Below are positions 40,185-51,753 of a stretch of 60,628 nucleotides of DNA, piece after piece; position 1 is the first letter of the stretch, and every line of letters begins with the position of its first letter. The notes under the pieces are model-generated. The model saw nothing but the letters and a program-made list of their open reading frames with translations, searched no databases and was not told where the DNA came from. Source of the stretch: Phycisphaeraceae bacterium. Lineage in GTDB: Bacteria > Planctomycetota > Phycisphaerae > Phycisphaerales > Zrk34. A program made the translations under genes and the position numbers. Location of the stretch: assembly GCA_040905565.1 (NCBI GenBank), contig JBBDRF010000004.1:1-60628 (forward strand), written 5' to 3'.

Positions 40185-41324
40185 TCAGGGGGAGACGACG
40201 CGGTAGCGGAGGAGGAGGTCGTCATCGAGGCGGCGGACACGGCGGAGTTCGAGCGACTGGGCCTGATTGATCTGGTCGATCTGGCGGCGGCTGCGGAGGG
40301 GGGGGAGGTGGCGGCCGTCGCCGATGAGTTTGGGGGCGATGAAGGCGAAGATTTCGTCGACGTGGCCTTGCTCGAAGAATGAGCCGAGCGTGCCGGCGCC
40401 GCCTTCGAGGAGGACGTTGGTGGCGTTGTGGGCTTCGGCGAGGTGGGCGAGGAGAGGGCGGAGATCGAGGCGAGCATGCGGCTCATCGGTCGACGCGGTG
40501 AGGGGGGGGAGGGGGAGCAGTTCGACGGATTTGCTGCGGAGGGCGCGGGCCTGGGGCGGGTCGGCGGCGAGGACTTCTTCGGAGGCGGCGACGATGAGGG
40601 GGACACGATCGGCGGTGCGGACGAGGGCGGAATCGGCTGGGAGTTTGAGGTGCGGATCGAGGACGACGCGGCGGGCGAGGCGGCGGACGGTGACATCACG
40701 CGCGGTGAGCATGGGATCGTCGGCGATGGCGGTGCCGATGCCGACGATGATGGCGTCGACGCGGCTGCGGAGGTGGTGGACGACGCGGCGTGAGCGGGGG
40801 TTGGAGATCCACTGGCTGTGGCCTGTGGCGGTGGCGATGGCGCCGTCGAGCGTGGCGGCCCACTTGGCGATGACGTAGGGCAGGGCGGTGACCTGTCGCT
40901 TGATGAACGGTTCGTTGAGGACCATGGCCCGGTGGGTGAGGGGCCCGATCTGGACGGCGATGCCTGCTTTTTCGAGTGCGGCGAGGCCCTGGCCTGAGAC
41001 CTGGGGGTTGGGATCGACCATGGCGGCGACGACGCGTGCGAAGCCTGCGTTGCGGACGGCGTCGGTGCAGGGGGGCGTTTTGCCGTGATGGCAGCACGGT
41101 TCGAGGGTGACGTAGAGGGTGGCACCCTGTGTTTTGTCGGCGGCGTCGGCGATGGCGTTGAGTTCGGCGTGGGGGCCGCCGTGGCGCTGGTGCCAGCCTT
41201 CGCCGACGATGTGGCCGTCGCGGACGACGACGGCGCCGACCATGGGGTTGGGTTCGACGTAGCCGCGGCCTCGGCGGGCGAGACGGAGGGCGTGACGCAT
41301 GAAGTGGAGGTCGCTGTGGCTCAT
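40185..41324 (-). CDS. ribD: Riboflavin biosynthesis deaminase/reductase
   Basis: PNPMVGAV, HAE, LEPCCHHGKTPPC, KWAATLDG, LEGG. Confidence 0.96.
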   Translation of the reverse strand: MSHSDLHFMRHALRLARRGRGYVEPNPMVGAVVVRDGHIVGEGWHQRHGGPHAELNAIADAADKTQGATLYVTLEPCCHHGKTPPCTDAVRNAGFARVVAAMVDPNPQVSGQGLAALEKAGIAVQIGPLTHRAMVLNEPFIKRQVTALPYVIAKWAATLDGAIATATGHSQWISNPRSRRVVHHLRSRVDAIIVGIGTAIADDPMLTARDVTVRRLARRVVLDPHLKLPADSALVRTADRVPLIVAASEEVLAADPPQARALRSKSVELLPLPPLTASTDEPHARLDLRPLLAHLAEAHNATNVLLEGGAGTLGSFFEQGHVDEIFAFIAPKLIGDGRHLPPLRSRRQIDQINQAQSLELRRVRRLDDDLLLRYRVVSP

Positions 41325-41361
41325 TTGCGAATCAGTGTAACGGAAAAGGCGAGTCTGGCGG

Positions 41362-41390
41362 TTGACGTTTGTGGCGACGGGGCTGATAGT
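41362..41390 (+). promoter_or_regulatory. Sigma70-like promoter for a small ORF
   Basis: TTGACG-17 bp-GATAGT. Confidence 0.5.
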
Positions 41391-41427
41391 GAGTCGACGT
41401 CCGCTTCATTCATAGAAGGAGCAGGGT

Positions 41428-41520
41428 ATGGCAGTGTCAGGGTTGGCGATAGTGGCGATGGTGCTGGTGGTGGTTTTTGCCATTGCGATACTGATGCAGG
41501 GTAAGAAGGGTGACAGTTAG
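41428..41520 (+). CDS. 30-aa single-TM small protein
   Basis: MAVSGLAIVAMVLVVVFAIAILMQGKKGDS with AAGGAG Shine-Dalgarno and upstream promoter. Confidence 0.6.
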   Translation: MAVSGLAIVAMVLVVVFAIAILMQGKKGDS

Positions 41521-41662
41521 GCGCGAGCTACGCGTCGCAGGTCGGTGGTTATCTCTCCTGCGAGACGTCGTCTCGCGGCTGTCGTGGGATGTTGATCCTG
41601 CAGGGGTGGGGGCCGTTCGCGTAGGCTGATGGTTGAAACTTTTCGTTTAAGAGGACTGTGTT

Positions 41663-42226
41663 ATGGCTGGATGGATCGCGCTGGGCGTTATCGTGGTGCT
41701 GATCATTGTGGTGGCGATGATCCTCATCGGCATCTACAACAGGCTGGTGGCGAAACGGCTGCAGTCGGAGAATGCATGGTCGCAGATCGACGTGCAACTC
41801 AAGCGACGGCACGACCTGATTCCGAATCTCGTGAACACCGTCCAGGGTTATGCCAAGCACGAGCGTGAGACGCTTGAGGCGGTCATCCAGGCGAGGCAGC
41901 AGGCGGTCGACGCGAACGGCGTGGGCGACCAGGCCCAGGCGGAAAACATGCTGACCGGGGCGTTGGGTAAGCTTTTCGCGCTCAGCGAAGCGTACCCGGA
42001 CCTCAAGGCGAACCAGAACTTCATGCAGTTGCAGGAAGAGCTGACGAGCACGGAGAACAAGATCGGCTTCGCACGCCAGCACTACAACGACAGCGTCAGC
42101 CGATACAACACGGCGGTGCAAAGCTTCCCGGACAACATCATCGCGGGCATGTTCAACTTCAAAGAACGCGACTTCTTCGAAATCGAAGACCCAACCCACC
42201 GCGAAGTGCCCAACGTCCAGTTCTAA
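41663..42226 (+). CDS. lemA: LemA family protein
   Basis: YNRLV, WSQIDVQLKRRHDLIPNLV, EAYPDLKAN, ARQHYND. Confidence 0.96.
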   Translation: MAGWIALGVIVVLIIVVAMILIGIYNRLVAKRLQSENAWSQIDVQLKRRHDLIPNLVNTVQGYAKHERETLEAVIQARQQAVDANGVGDQAQAENMLTGALGKLFALSEAYPDLKANQNFMQLQEELTSTENKIGFARQHYNDSVSRYNTAVQSFPDNIIAGMFNFKERDFFEIEDPTHREVPNVQF

Positions 42227-42420
42227 CCCCCCCCCCCCCCACCCACCTTTGCCCGCATGGTGTTGGGCGCGTGATGGGGGAGCGTTAGCGGGTGATCGCA
42301 GATCGCCATGGGCGTGCGCCCGTGATTTGTAGCGGCACGACGCGGCCCGGGCCCCCTTGCCCAGCGTCTCCCCCAGAAGGGGGGCGAGGGTAAGAGGCGC
42401 TGTCTTCTAGAACGGAGTTG

Positions 42421-42585
42421 ATGATGGGACGACGCTACAGGATGGAAGTTCGCGGGACGTTGATGGACAAGGTTGGGATTACGATCCTGTTCACGCTCGC
42501 TTGTGTGACGGTCATTTTGATTCCGGTGGGAATCGTTCTGATGATTGAGACGGTTGAGTTTGTAGAGGTAGATGAGACGTCATGA
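42421..42585 (+). CDS. 54-aa membrane protein translationally coupled to htpX
   Basis: MMGRRYRMEVRG...ITILFTLACVTVILIPVGIVLM...; GGAG Shine-Dalgarno; ATGA overlap with htpX. Confidence 0.55.
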   Translation: MMGRRYRMEVRGTLMDKVGITILFTLACVTVILIPVGIVLMIETVEFVEVDETS

Positions 42586-43616
42586 CCGACCCCACGCCCG
42601 AAGCTGAGCCGTTTCACGCCTATCCGCCGGACGTGACGTTTCATGATTTGATTGCTACGAATCGTCGCAACAGTGTGCTGCTGGTGATCGGGATGGGCGT
42701 GCTGACGATCGGCGTGGTGATGGCGCTGGCGGTGCTGATCATGGGCTTTGGGGGGACGATTTCGCCTGAGGGCCTGATCATCGCTGCGATCGTGGGGTTC
42801 CTTGTCGTCATCATCGGCGGGCTTTGGAGCTACTACGGCGGGTCGAACGCGATCCTCCGCATGAGCGGCGCGAAGGAGATTGCGAAGGCCGACGATCCGC
42901 AGCTGTTCAACGTGGTTGAGGAAATGGCGATCGCAGCGGGGCAGCCGATGCCCAAGGTTTACATCATCGATTCGCAGGCCTTGAACGCCTTCGCCACCGG
43001 GCGCGATCCCGAGCATGCTGCGGTGGCGGTGACCAAGGGTCTGCGGGAGAAGCTGACGCGTGACGAACTCACCGGCGTGATCGCCCACGAGATCGCCCAC
43101 ATTCGGCATCAGGACATTCGGCTGACCATGCTCGTCGCGACGATGGTCGGGCTGGTGGTGCTGGTGGCGGACGGCTTCACGCGGTCGCTTTTTTACGGCT
43201 CGCTGATGGGCGGTCGGCGGCGCGGGGGCATGAGCATGGGCGGCGGCGGCCGAGGCGGCGGCAAAGGCGGCGGGGGCGGGGTCCTCATGATCGTGCTGAT
43301 CGTGATCGCGGTGATCTTTCTGATCCTGGCGCCCGTCTTCGCGAAGCTGATCCAGTTCGCCATCAGTCGTCAGCGGGAGTACCTCGCCGATGCCGGGGCG
43401 GTCGAACTCACACGCTATCCGCAGGGGCTGGCGAGCGCCTTGCAGAAGCTGGCGGGCGACGACACGCCGTTGGAATCGGCGAACCGAGCGACGGCTCATC
43501 TTTACATCGTCAACCCGATCCTCCACGCCAAGCACCGCGACAACCTGAACAGTGTGATGTCGACGCATCCGCCGTTGAAGCAGCGGATCGAGCGCATCCA
43601 CGCCTTGCTGAAGTGA
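42582..43616 (+). CDS. htpX: M48 zinc metalloprotease HtpX
   Basis: NAFATG, HEIAH, SRQREYLAD, STHPP. Confidence 0.93.
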   Translation: MTDPTPEAEPFHAYPPDVTFHDLIATNRRNSVLLVIGMGVLTIGVVMALAVLIMGFGGTISPEGLIIAAIVGFLVVIIGGLWSYYGGSNAILRMSGAKEIAKADDPQLFNVVEEMAIAAGQPMPKVYIIDSQALNAFATGRDPEHAAVAVTKGLREKLTRDELTGVIAHEIAHIRHQDIRLTMLVATMVGLVVLVADGFTRSLFYGSLMGGRRRGGMSMGGGGRGGGKGGGGGVLMIVLIVIAVIFLILAPVFAKLIQFAISRQREYLADAGAVELTRYPQGLASALQKLAGDDTPLESANRATAHLYIVNPILHAKHRDNLNSVMSTHPPLKQRIERIHALLK

Positions 43617-43626
43617 GGCGCAGCAC

Positions 43627-43702
43627 AGAGCCGGGCTGTCCCTAGCCCGGTTCGCGCCATGAAGCGTACAAGGCAAACCCGGGCTGGGGACAGCCCGGCT
43701 CT
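43627..43702. repeat. Inverted doublet of REP family B (43627-43650 +, 43679-43702 -)
   Basis: agagccgggctgtccctagcccgg ... ccgggctggggacagcccggctct. Confidence 0.9.
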
Positions 43703-43899
43703 GTTGCGGGCTTTGCAATTCGTGCAACGTGCATGCAGGGGGGAGGGGTGTGAGAGAGGGGTGGGAGTCGGCGTCAATAAGTGCGCAGGGGGCTCTCTTT
43801 TTATCAAGGTGAAATCCACGGCATGGTTGGCGCGGCCTTTGCACAAGTCGTTGGGCAAACGTATCCCCAAAGAAGTCCAACTGCGAAGGGAGAAGGACC

Positions 43900-44661
43900 A
43901 TGGCGGAGAGACCTCTGGGCGGCGGCGAAGGATACCGCACGACAGGACCATTCGGAGGAGAGGAACGAATCAATCGCTATGAGAGCGCCGATCGTGTGCG
44001 CTGGGGCCCGATCCTGGCGGGCGTGTTCGTGGCGCTGAGCGTCTCGGCGCTGCTGGGGTTGATCGGGCTGGCGGTGCACGCGGCTATCTGGGATCCGGCG
44101 CAGCCGGCCGGCGAAGCGGCGGGCTGGGGCTGGACGATCTGGGGCATCGTGGTGCTGCTGCTTTCGTTCGGAGCCGGCGGTTGGATCGCAGCGCGCAGCT
44201 CGGCCATCGGAAGCCAGCAGAACGGGCTGCTTAACGGCGCGATGGTCTGGGCCGTGGCGGTGCCGGTGATGTTCTGGGTTCTGACCGGCACGTTCGGCGC
44301 GATCATGGGACCGGCAGCGATGATGGCGCAGGCGATGCCTGACCAGGAAGTCGAGCAGATCTTCGCGATGCCCGCCGAAGGGCAAGAGCAGCAGCCGCAA
44401 CAGCAACAGCAGCAACAGCCGGTGGACCCGCAGCAGGCGCAGGAGGCGATGAACCTGGCGGCCTGGGGCACGGTGATCGCGTTGCTTCTGGGCTTGGGTG
44501 CGGCAGCAGCGGGCGGCTTCCTTGGGGGCAAGGCTGACGAGCCCCAGGATCGCGATCGCTATCGCGGCCGCCGCGAGCCGGACCGCGGGCCGGACGTCGA
44601 CACCGGGCCGAGCACGCACACGACGACCACGCGTAGCACGCCTCCGCCGTCGGAGCCGTGA
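43900..44661 (+). CDS. Four-TM membrane protein
   Basis: RVRWGPILAG, GLLNGAMVWA, AAAAGGFLG pattern; AAGGA Shine-Dalgarno. Confidence 0.75.
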   Translation: MAERPLGGGEGYRTTGPFGGEERINRYESADRVRWGPILAGVFVALSVSALLGLIGLAVHAAIWDPAQPAGEAAGWGWTIWGIVVLLLSFGAGGWIAARSSAIGSQQNGLLNGAMVWAVAVPVMFWVLTGTFGAIMGPAAMMAQAMPDQEVEQIFAMPAEGQEQQPQQQQQQQPVDPQQAQEAMNLAAWGTVIALLLGLGAAAAGGFLGGKADEPQDRDRYRGRREPDRGPDVDTGPSTHTTTTRSTPPPSEP

Positions 44662-44842
44662 GAGGCGCGGGTCGGTCAGGGTCACCGATAGCCGACGCGT
44701 CGCAGCAGCGCGGTTCGAGGGGGAAGACGCCTCGGACCGCTTTTTCATGCGCCGGACGCGTATGGCGGGGTGGGCTGATGGGGCGGTGATCGGCTACAGT
44801 GTGGGGCGGAAAAAGGACCTGACGCTTAGAACGGATGACGCC

Positions 44843-45211
44843 ATGACGCCCCCTCCAGAAAATCAAGACGTTTCGCCTCCCTCCGTCGGCCGCAATGCGC
44901 CGTGTCCGTGCGGCAGCGGGAAGAAGTTCAAACGCTGCTGCGAAGGCAAGACGTGGAACACGGCTGAGCATCGCAAGCAGTTGCTCTCGATGCCGATGGC
45001 GATGCTGCTGGGTTTGCTGGTGGTGGGGGCGGTGCTGGTATGGGTGGTTGCGGAGGTCTCGAGCGGGCCGACGCATACGGGTGCTTCGGCGCCGAGTTCC
45101 GCACCGGCGATGCCTGAGCCTTGGTTTTACAACGAGGCGACGAATCAGCACTGGGATCCGGGGCATAATCACTGGCACGACGGCCCGCCGCCGCCTGCGA
45201 GTCAGCGTTGA
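44843..45211 (+). CDS. SEC-C motif membrane protein
   Basis: GRNAPCPCGSGKKFKRCC, then a TM helix and a HWDPGHNHWH tail. Confidence 0.8.
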   Translation: MTPPPENQDVSPPSVGRNAPCPCGSGKKFKRCCEGKTWNTAEHRKQLLSMPMAMLLGLLVVGAVLVWVVAEVSSGPTHTGASAPSSAPAMPEPWFYNEATNQHWDPGHNHWHDGPPPPASQR

Positions 45212-45241
45212 TATCAGGTGAGCGTGGTGTCGGGGGTCACT

Positions 45242-45709
45242 TCAGCGGGCAACGATGACGAGCATCGCGGCGACGATGACGCTCCGCAAAGACCACGCCA
45301 CGGTGCGTATCCAGTTGGTGCGCACCAGGTAGCGATGCGTGGCGGGATCAAGCCGATTTTGAAGCTTGCGCCAAGCGGGCACCTGCAGCGCTGCGGTGGA
45401 GAGCCAGATCACGCCCAGCAGCGCCATGCCCGTCCACGCAAGGATCGGCAACAGTCCGTTGGCCAGTGCGGGCGAGCGGACCACTTCCAGCAGCACGACC
45501 GCCCCGGTGACCAGTTCGATAAGCATGGCCGGCCCGACGACGCAGGTGGTCCCTCGCATGTGCCGGGCTACGTAATCCGGGAATGCTTCGGCGCCGACGT
45601 TCGCGAGCAAGGGATAGTGGACGATCTGCACGAACCAGATGAGTCCGGTCATGAACGCCGTGGCCAGCAGATGAATCACGAGCGTTGTCAGCCACATCGA
45701 AAAAACCAT
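45242..45709 (-). CDS. Hypothetical membrane protein
   Basis: FMTGLIWFVQIVHYPL, LQVPAW, TNWIRT; several TM helices. Confidence 0.75.
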   Translation of the reverse strand: MVFSMWLTTLVIHLLATAFMTGLIWFVQIVHYPLLANVGAEAFPDYVARHMRGTTCVVGPAMLIELVTGAVVLLEVVRSPALANGLLPILAWTGMALLGVIWLSTAALQVPAWRKLQNRLDPATHRYLVRTNWIRTVAWSLRSVIVAAMLVIVAR

Positions 45710-45734
45710 TGAAGCCTCCCGCGCGGCCGGCGAA

Positions 45735-46729
<995 letters not shown>

Positions 46730-46733
<4 letters not shown>

Positions 46734-49474
46734 GGGTGGGGTTCCTGGTTACGGGCCTGCTGGGCGGAAGCATCGCGGCGACGCCAGAAGGTCTTCTCCA
46801 ACTCGACAGCGAGGAAGATCAGTAGGGCGACGCCGATGATGCGCCACCACATATCGAACGGCATGTTTTGCGTCTCAAAGAGCAGCTGCAGGGGCGGGGC
46901 ATAGGTGAAGGCGAGTTGGAGGAGGAGGATGACGGCGATGGCGATGAGGACGTAGCGGTTGCCGAAGATGCCTTCCAGGTTCAGCACGGGCAGGTAGAGG
47001 TAGCGGCTGTTGAGCAGGTAGAAGATTTCGCCCATGACGATGGTGTTGACCGCGACAGTGCGGGCGAGTTCGAGGCTGCCGTCGTTCATGCGGACCCACG
47101 CATAGAGGCCGAATGCGCCGGCGACGAGCATGACGGAGACGAAGAAGATGCGCCAGACGAGGAAGGGCGTGAGGATGGGTTCGGCGGGGTCGCGCGGAGC
47201 GCGATGCATGACGCCACGCTCGGGCAGTTCGAAAGCGAGGGCGAGGGCGAGCGTGACGGCGGAGACCATGTTCACCCACAGAATCTGCAGGGCGGTGACC
47301 GGCAGCGTAAGCCCGAGCAGCACGGCGACGATGATGATGCCCGCTTGCGCGCCGTTGGTCGGCAGCAGGAAGAGAAGGCTTTTGCGGATGTTGTCGTAGA
47401 CGGTGCGGCCTTCTTCCACGGCGTGGGCGATGGTCGCGAAGTTGTCGTCGGCGAGGACCATTTCGGACGCTTCCTTGGCGGCTTCGGTGCCCTTGAGGCC
47501 CATGGCGACGCCGACGTCGGCACGCTTGAGGGCGGGGGCATCGTTGACGCCGTCGCCTGTCATCGCGACGACCTGCTGGCTTTTCTGGAGGGCGGCGACG
47601 AGGCGGAGCTTGTGCTCGGGGCTGACCCGCGCGAAGACATCGGAAGCATGTGCGATCTCGCGAAGACGCTGCGGATCCAGTGCGTCCAGGTCGGCGCCGG
47701 TGACGGCTTCGCGCCCTCGGCCGATGCCCATCTGGCTGCCGATGGCGGTGGCGGTTTTGCCGTGGTCGCCGGTGATCATCTTCACGCGGATACCCGCACC
47801 GTGGCAGGCGCGCACGGCGGCGGTGGCATCTTCACGAGGCGGATCGATAATCCCTACCATGCCCAGCAGCGTGAGGCCGGACTCAACATGATGATGGCTG
47901 AGGTCGCCGGCGTCGGGGGCGGGGCGTTTGACGGCGACGGCGAGCAGCCGTTGGCCTCGGGAGGCGATGGCGTCCATCTGCTGGTGCCAGTAGCCGTGGT
48001 CGATGGGGACGTCTTCGCCGTGGGCGTTGCGGGCGCGGTCGCACATTTCGAGGACGCGTTCGGGGGCGCCTTTGAGGTAGATGGTGGGCTGGCTTTCCAC
48101 TTCGTGGAGCGTGGCCATGAAGCGATGTTCGGACTGGAAGGGGATGGTATCGATGGCGGGGTGGGCGTCGCGGAGGGCTTCGTCGTTGTGGCCTGCTTTC
48201 ATGGCGAGCGTGACGAGGGCGCCTTCGGTGGGGTCGCCGTGGAGGAGGTGGCGGCCGTCGTCCTCACGGCTGATGGTCGCTTCGTTGCAGAGGACGGCGG
48301 CGCGGGAGAGTTCGAGCAGGCGGGGAGATTCGGCGGGATCGATCGCGCGGCCGGCGACGGAGAAGCGGCCACTGGGGCCGTAGCCGACGCCGGTGACTTC
48401 AAGCTGTTCGTCGAGCATCGCGACGGTCTGAACGGTCATCTCGTTACGGGTGAGCGTGCCGGTCTTGTCCGAGCAGATGACGGTGACCGAGCCGAGCGTT
48501 TCGACCGCGGGCAAACGGCGGATGATCGCGTTACGGCGGGCCATGCGCTGCACGCCGAGCGCGAGCGTGATGGTGATCACGGCGGGAAGGCCCTCGGGAA
48601 TCGCGGCGACGGCGAGACCCACGCAGGCCTGGAACATCTGCTCAGCGGTGAAGTCACGCCACAGCACGCCGACGGCGAAGATGAGCACCGTCATCCCGAG
48701 GATGACGGCGGTGAGCCAGCGGCCGAACTGGGCGATCTCCTGCAGCAGGCGGGTGGTCAGCGGCTTGATCTCGGCAAGCATGCCGCTGATGCGCCCGATC
48801 TCCGTGTCCTCCGCTGTGCCGACGACGACCCCCGTGGCGGTGCCGTACGTGACGAGCGTGCCGGAGAAAGCGAGGTTTACACGGTCGCCGATCGAAGCGG
48901 CTTCATCAACGGGTTCGACGGCTTTTTCCGTCGGCACGGATTCGCCGGTGAGGGGCGCTTCGTCAATCTGCAGATCACGCTCGCGAAGCAGACGCAGGTC
49001 GGCGGGGACTTTATCGCCGGCCTGCAGGTAGACGATGTCGCCCGGGACGAGTTTCTCAGCGTTGATGGTCGTGCGGGTGCCGTCGCGCAGGACGGTGGCT
49101 TCGAGGGAGAGCAGGTTGCGAATGGCGTTGATCGCCTGCTCCGCTTTGCCTTCCTGGATGTAGCCGATGATCGCGTTGATGATGATGACGGCGGCGATGA
49201 CGGCCGAATCAATGAAGTCGCCGAGCAGGGCGGTGACGACGGCGGCGCCGATGAGCACGTAAATCAGCACGTTGTGAAATTGCGCCACGAACCGCTCAAA
49301 GGCGCTGCGGCGGGGGGGAGGCTTGAGGCGGTTTGGGCCGTGGATCTCAAGGCGACGCTCAGCCTCGGCGCGGGTCAGGCCCTGCGCGGTACTGTCCAAA
49401 CGCTGAAGCGCCTGCTCGGCCTCAAGGGCGTGCCAGGGTTCGTTGGGAATATCGTCCTGCGTCGGCTCGGGCAT
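46730..49474 (-). CDS. Cation-transporting P-type ATPase (type II)
   Basis: [29 protein letters not shown]. Confidence 0.95.
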
Positions 49475-49587
49475 GGGTGGTTCCGCGATGCGCTGATGAC
49501 CTTAATTGCCGTTCATGATAGCCGACCGAAGATGTATTTATAGGCGGCGTGCATTGCTGCTTTGAGATTGCTACGATTGTACTCAGC

Positions 49588-49983
49588 ATGAATGGTCGGA
49601 CTTTACGTATCGCGATGCTCGCCTGGATGGCCTTCTGGTTCGCTGGGTTTCTCCCAGCTCATCAGCGTGGGCTGATCCGGATGGATCCGCCGACGGCCTC
49701 GGCCTCGGCGGGTTCGACGCTGCTGGCGGCGAGTCCGTGCGGCAAGGCGTGCGGGATGCGCCCGCAGTCCGGCGAAGACGGTGAAGGCGACGGCGACCCG
49801 GTGCGCAACTGCGGCATCTGTCACCTCGTCGCCAAGCTCGACGTTCCCCAGCCGTTCATCATTCACCTCGCGCCGCTGGCCTCGCCCGATCCGCCGATCG
49901 CGGCGGTGGAAGCGCCGCTGGCCTCACGCCTGGCCGATCCGCAGTTCTTAGGTCGCGCCCCGCCGATCATCAAACGCGCTTGA
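49588..49983 (+). CDS. DUF2946-like protein with CxxC and C-terminal RAPP
   Basis: Signal/TM segment, CGIC, LGRAPP near the C-terminus. Confidence 0.7.
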   Translation: MNGRTLRIAMLAWMAFWFAGFLPAHQRGLIRMDPPTASASAGSTLLAASPCGKACGMRPQSGEDGEGDGDPVRNCGICHLVAKLDVPQPFIIHLAPLASPDPPIAAVEAPLASRLADPQFLGRAPPIIKRA

Positions 49984-50079
49984 ATCAACGGTGCGTGACC
50001 GGGCTGGGAACAGCCCGACGCTATTGTTCAAATTAGGTTTGATGACGCGTCGTGTTCCGACACGACCGGGAGCATTCTA

Positions 50080-50748
50080 ATGATAGAGCGACGCTTGTTA
50101 CGTCGTGCGCTTTCTGCATTCACGCTGATTGAGCTATTGGTGGTGGTGGGGATCATCGCTTTATTGATGGCGATGCTGTTGCCGGCCCTTGCCGGTGCCC
50201 GCCGTGCCGCTGCTTCGGTGGCGTGCATGAGCAACACGCGGCAAATCGCGCAGGCGGCCATGCTGTACGCCTTTGATCACAATGATATCTGGGTCGGCTG
50301 GCACCCGGACACCGATCGCAAGCAGCTGCTGCATCGCTACCTCGGCAACGGAAAGTCCAACGCCGATGTGGCCCATAATCAGGTCTGGCACTGCCCCAGC
50401 AATGAACTGCCTGATGAGGCGGCTGGGTACGGGTTCAATACGAATCTGAACTGGCGACGCCTCACCAGCTTCAGCAATCCCTCTCGGACGGTGGCCTTGT
50501 GCGATGCGGGGATCAACGACAGTCGGCAGCCGACGCTTGCGACGCACGCCTTCCCGCCGACGGCGGAAAGCTTCCCGGGCATCGGTCGGCCGAATCCAAG
50601 GCACGGCTCGGAGGCGGACCGACGCGTGAGTGTCGCTTTTGCGGACGGTCATGCTGAGTCGCTGCCGATGACCCCGCCGTTCTACCCAGGCCCGCCCGGC
50701 GAATGGACGGGTGACCCCGATTATGAAACGCAACTCTGGGGGCCGTAG
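50080..50748 (+). CDS. Prepilin-type protein with H-X9-DG motif (DUF1559-like)
   Basis: AFTLIELLVVVGIIALL, CMSNTRQI, WHCPS, PRHG...VAFADGH. Confidence 0.88.
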   Translation: MIERRLLRRALSAFTLIELLVVVGIIALLMAMLLPALAGARRAAASVACMSNTRQIAQAAMLYAFDHNDIWVGWHPDTDRKQLLHRYLGNGKSNADVAHNQVWHCPSNELPDEAAGYGFNTNLNWRRLTSFSNPSRTVALCDAGINDSRQPTLATHAFPPTAESFPGIGRPNPRHGSEADRRVSVAFADGHAESLPMTPPFYPGPPGEWTGDPDYETQLWGP

Positions 50749-50807
50749 CGCCCCCAGAATCGCCCTGGCCTTTCGCACTCTGAATACTAGAAAACTCAAA
50801 GGAACTT

Positions 50808-51611
50808 ATGATGACGCGTCTTCCTCTCTTAGTGTTTGCTTTCGGACTTATGTTGGTGTTCGCGCCGCTTGCGTTGGCGCATGATGTCTGGGTGCAGAGC
50901 AATACCCGCATGTTGCATGCTGGGAATATGGTTCACCTTGACCTGATGCTGGGCAATCATGGCAACAATCACCGTGATTTTAAGATTACCGGCAAAGCGC
51001 CGCTTGAGGAGGCCACGTTCTCGGTGACGACGCCTGATGGTGAAAGTTACGACCTGCTGCGCACGCTGACGGACCTTGGCTACACGCCGGCTGAGGGCTA
51101 CTGGACGACGCGGTTCGTAACGAGTGAGCCGGGCACGTACATCGTTTCGTATACGGTGGATCGCGTGGTGCACTATGCGCCCAAACGCACGATTAAATCG
51201 GCGAAGACGCTGTTCGTGGCCTCGCGCTCGCTCGATGAAGCAGGGCAGCGCTTTGATGGGCACGACAAGGTGCTGGGCCATCGTTTCGAGATCGTGCCGA
51301 TCTACAATCCGGTCATTCCCGCTGGGCCCGGCATCGACATGAAGGTTCAGGTGCTTTTCGACGGCAAACCGCTGGCGAACCAACGCATCTCCTTCATCCC
51401 ACGCGGGACGAAACTGGATGAAGACTTCGACAAAGACTATGAACGCATGACCGACGAGGACGGCTATGCGAATTTCAACCCAGCCTTCGGGAACTACTAT
51501 CTGATCGCGGCTCACAAGGAGACCGACGAATCAGGGGACGGATACGACAGCACCGCCTACTCGGCGACGCTGACCGTGCAGATCCCCCACGCCTGCCCCT
51601 GCTGCGGGTAG
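50808..51611 (+). CDS. DUF4198-family periplasmic protein
   Basis: Signal peptide ending ALA-HDVW, FEIVP, VLFDGKPL, TDEDGYA; C-terminal HACPCCG. Confidence 0.8.
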   Translation: MMTRLPLLVFAFGLMLVFAPLALAHDVWVQSNTRMLHAGNMVHLDLMLGNHGNNHRDFKITGKAPLEEATFSVTTPDGESYDLLRTLTDLGYTPAEGYWTTRFVTSEPGTYIVSYTVDRVVHYAPKRTIKSAKTLFVASRSLDEAGQRFDGHDKVLGHRFEIVPIYNPVIPAGPGIDMKVQVLFDGKPLANQRISFIPRGTKLDEDFDKDYERMTDEDGYANFNPAFGNYYLIAAHKETDESGDGYDSTAYSATLTVQIPHACPCCG

Positions 51612-51753
51612 AGAAGCGAGCGGGATAAAAAAAGAACGAGACAGGTGACGCGTGAAGCGCTACCTGCCTCGTCTCTCTCCCCAACGCCCCGTAGCTTGCG
51701 CTACGCGGATGGAGTCTCATCCTTCTCTCCTCCGCCCATTGCGAGACGTTGGG

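Noticed and set aside
44380..44420. CAG/CAA repeat as a contingency locus
   Set aside because: Mixed-codon poly-Gln linker, not a pure tandem repeat
46868..49543. Long antisense ORFs (also 6456-8513, 12817-14481, 25771-27327, 36763-37890 and others)
   Set aside because: They shadow well-supported genes on the opposite strand, which is expected in GC-rich DNA, and show no motifs
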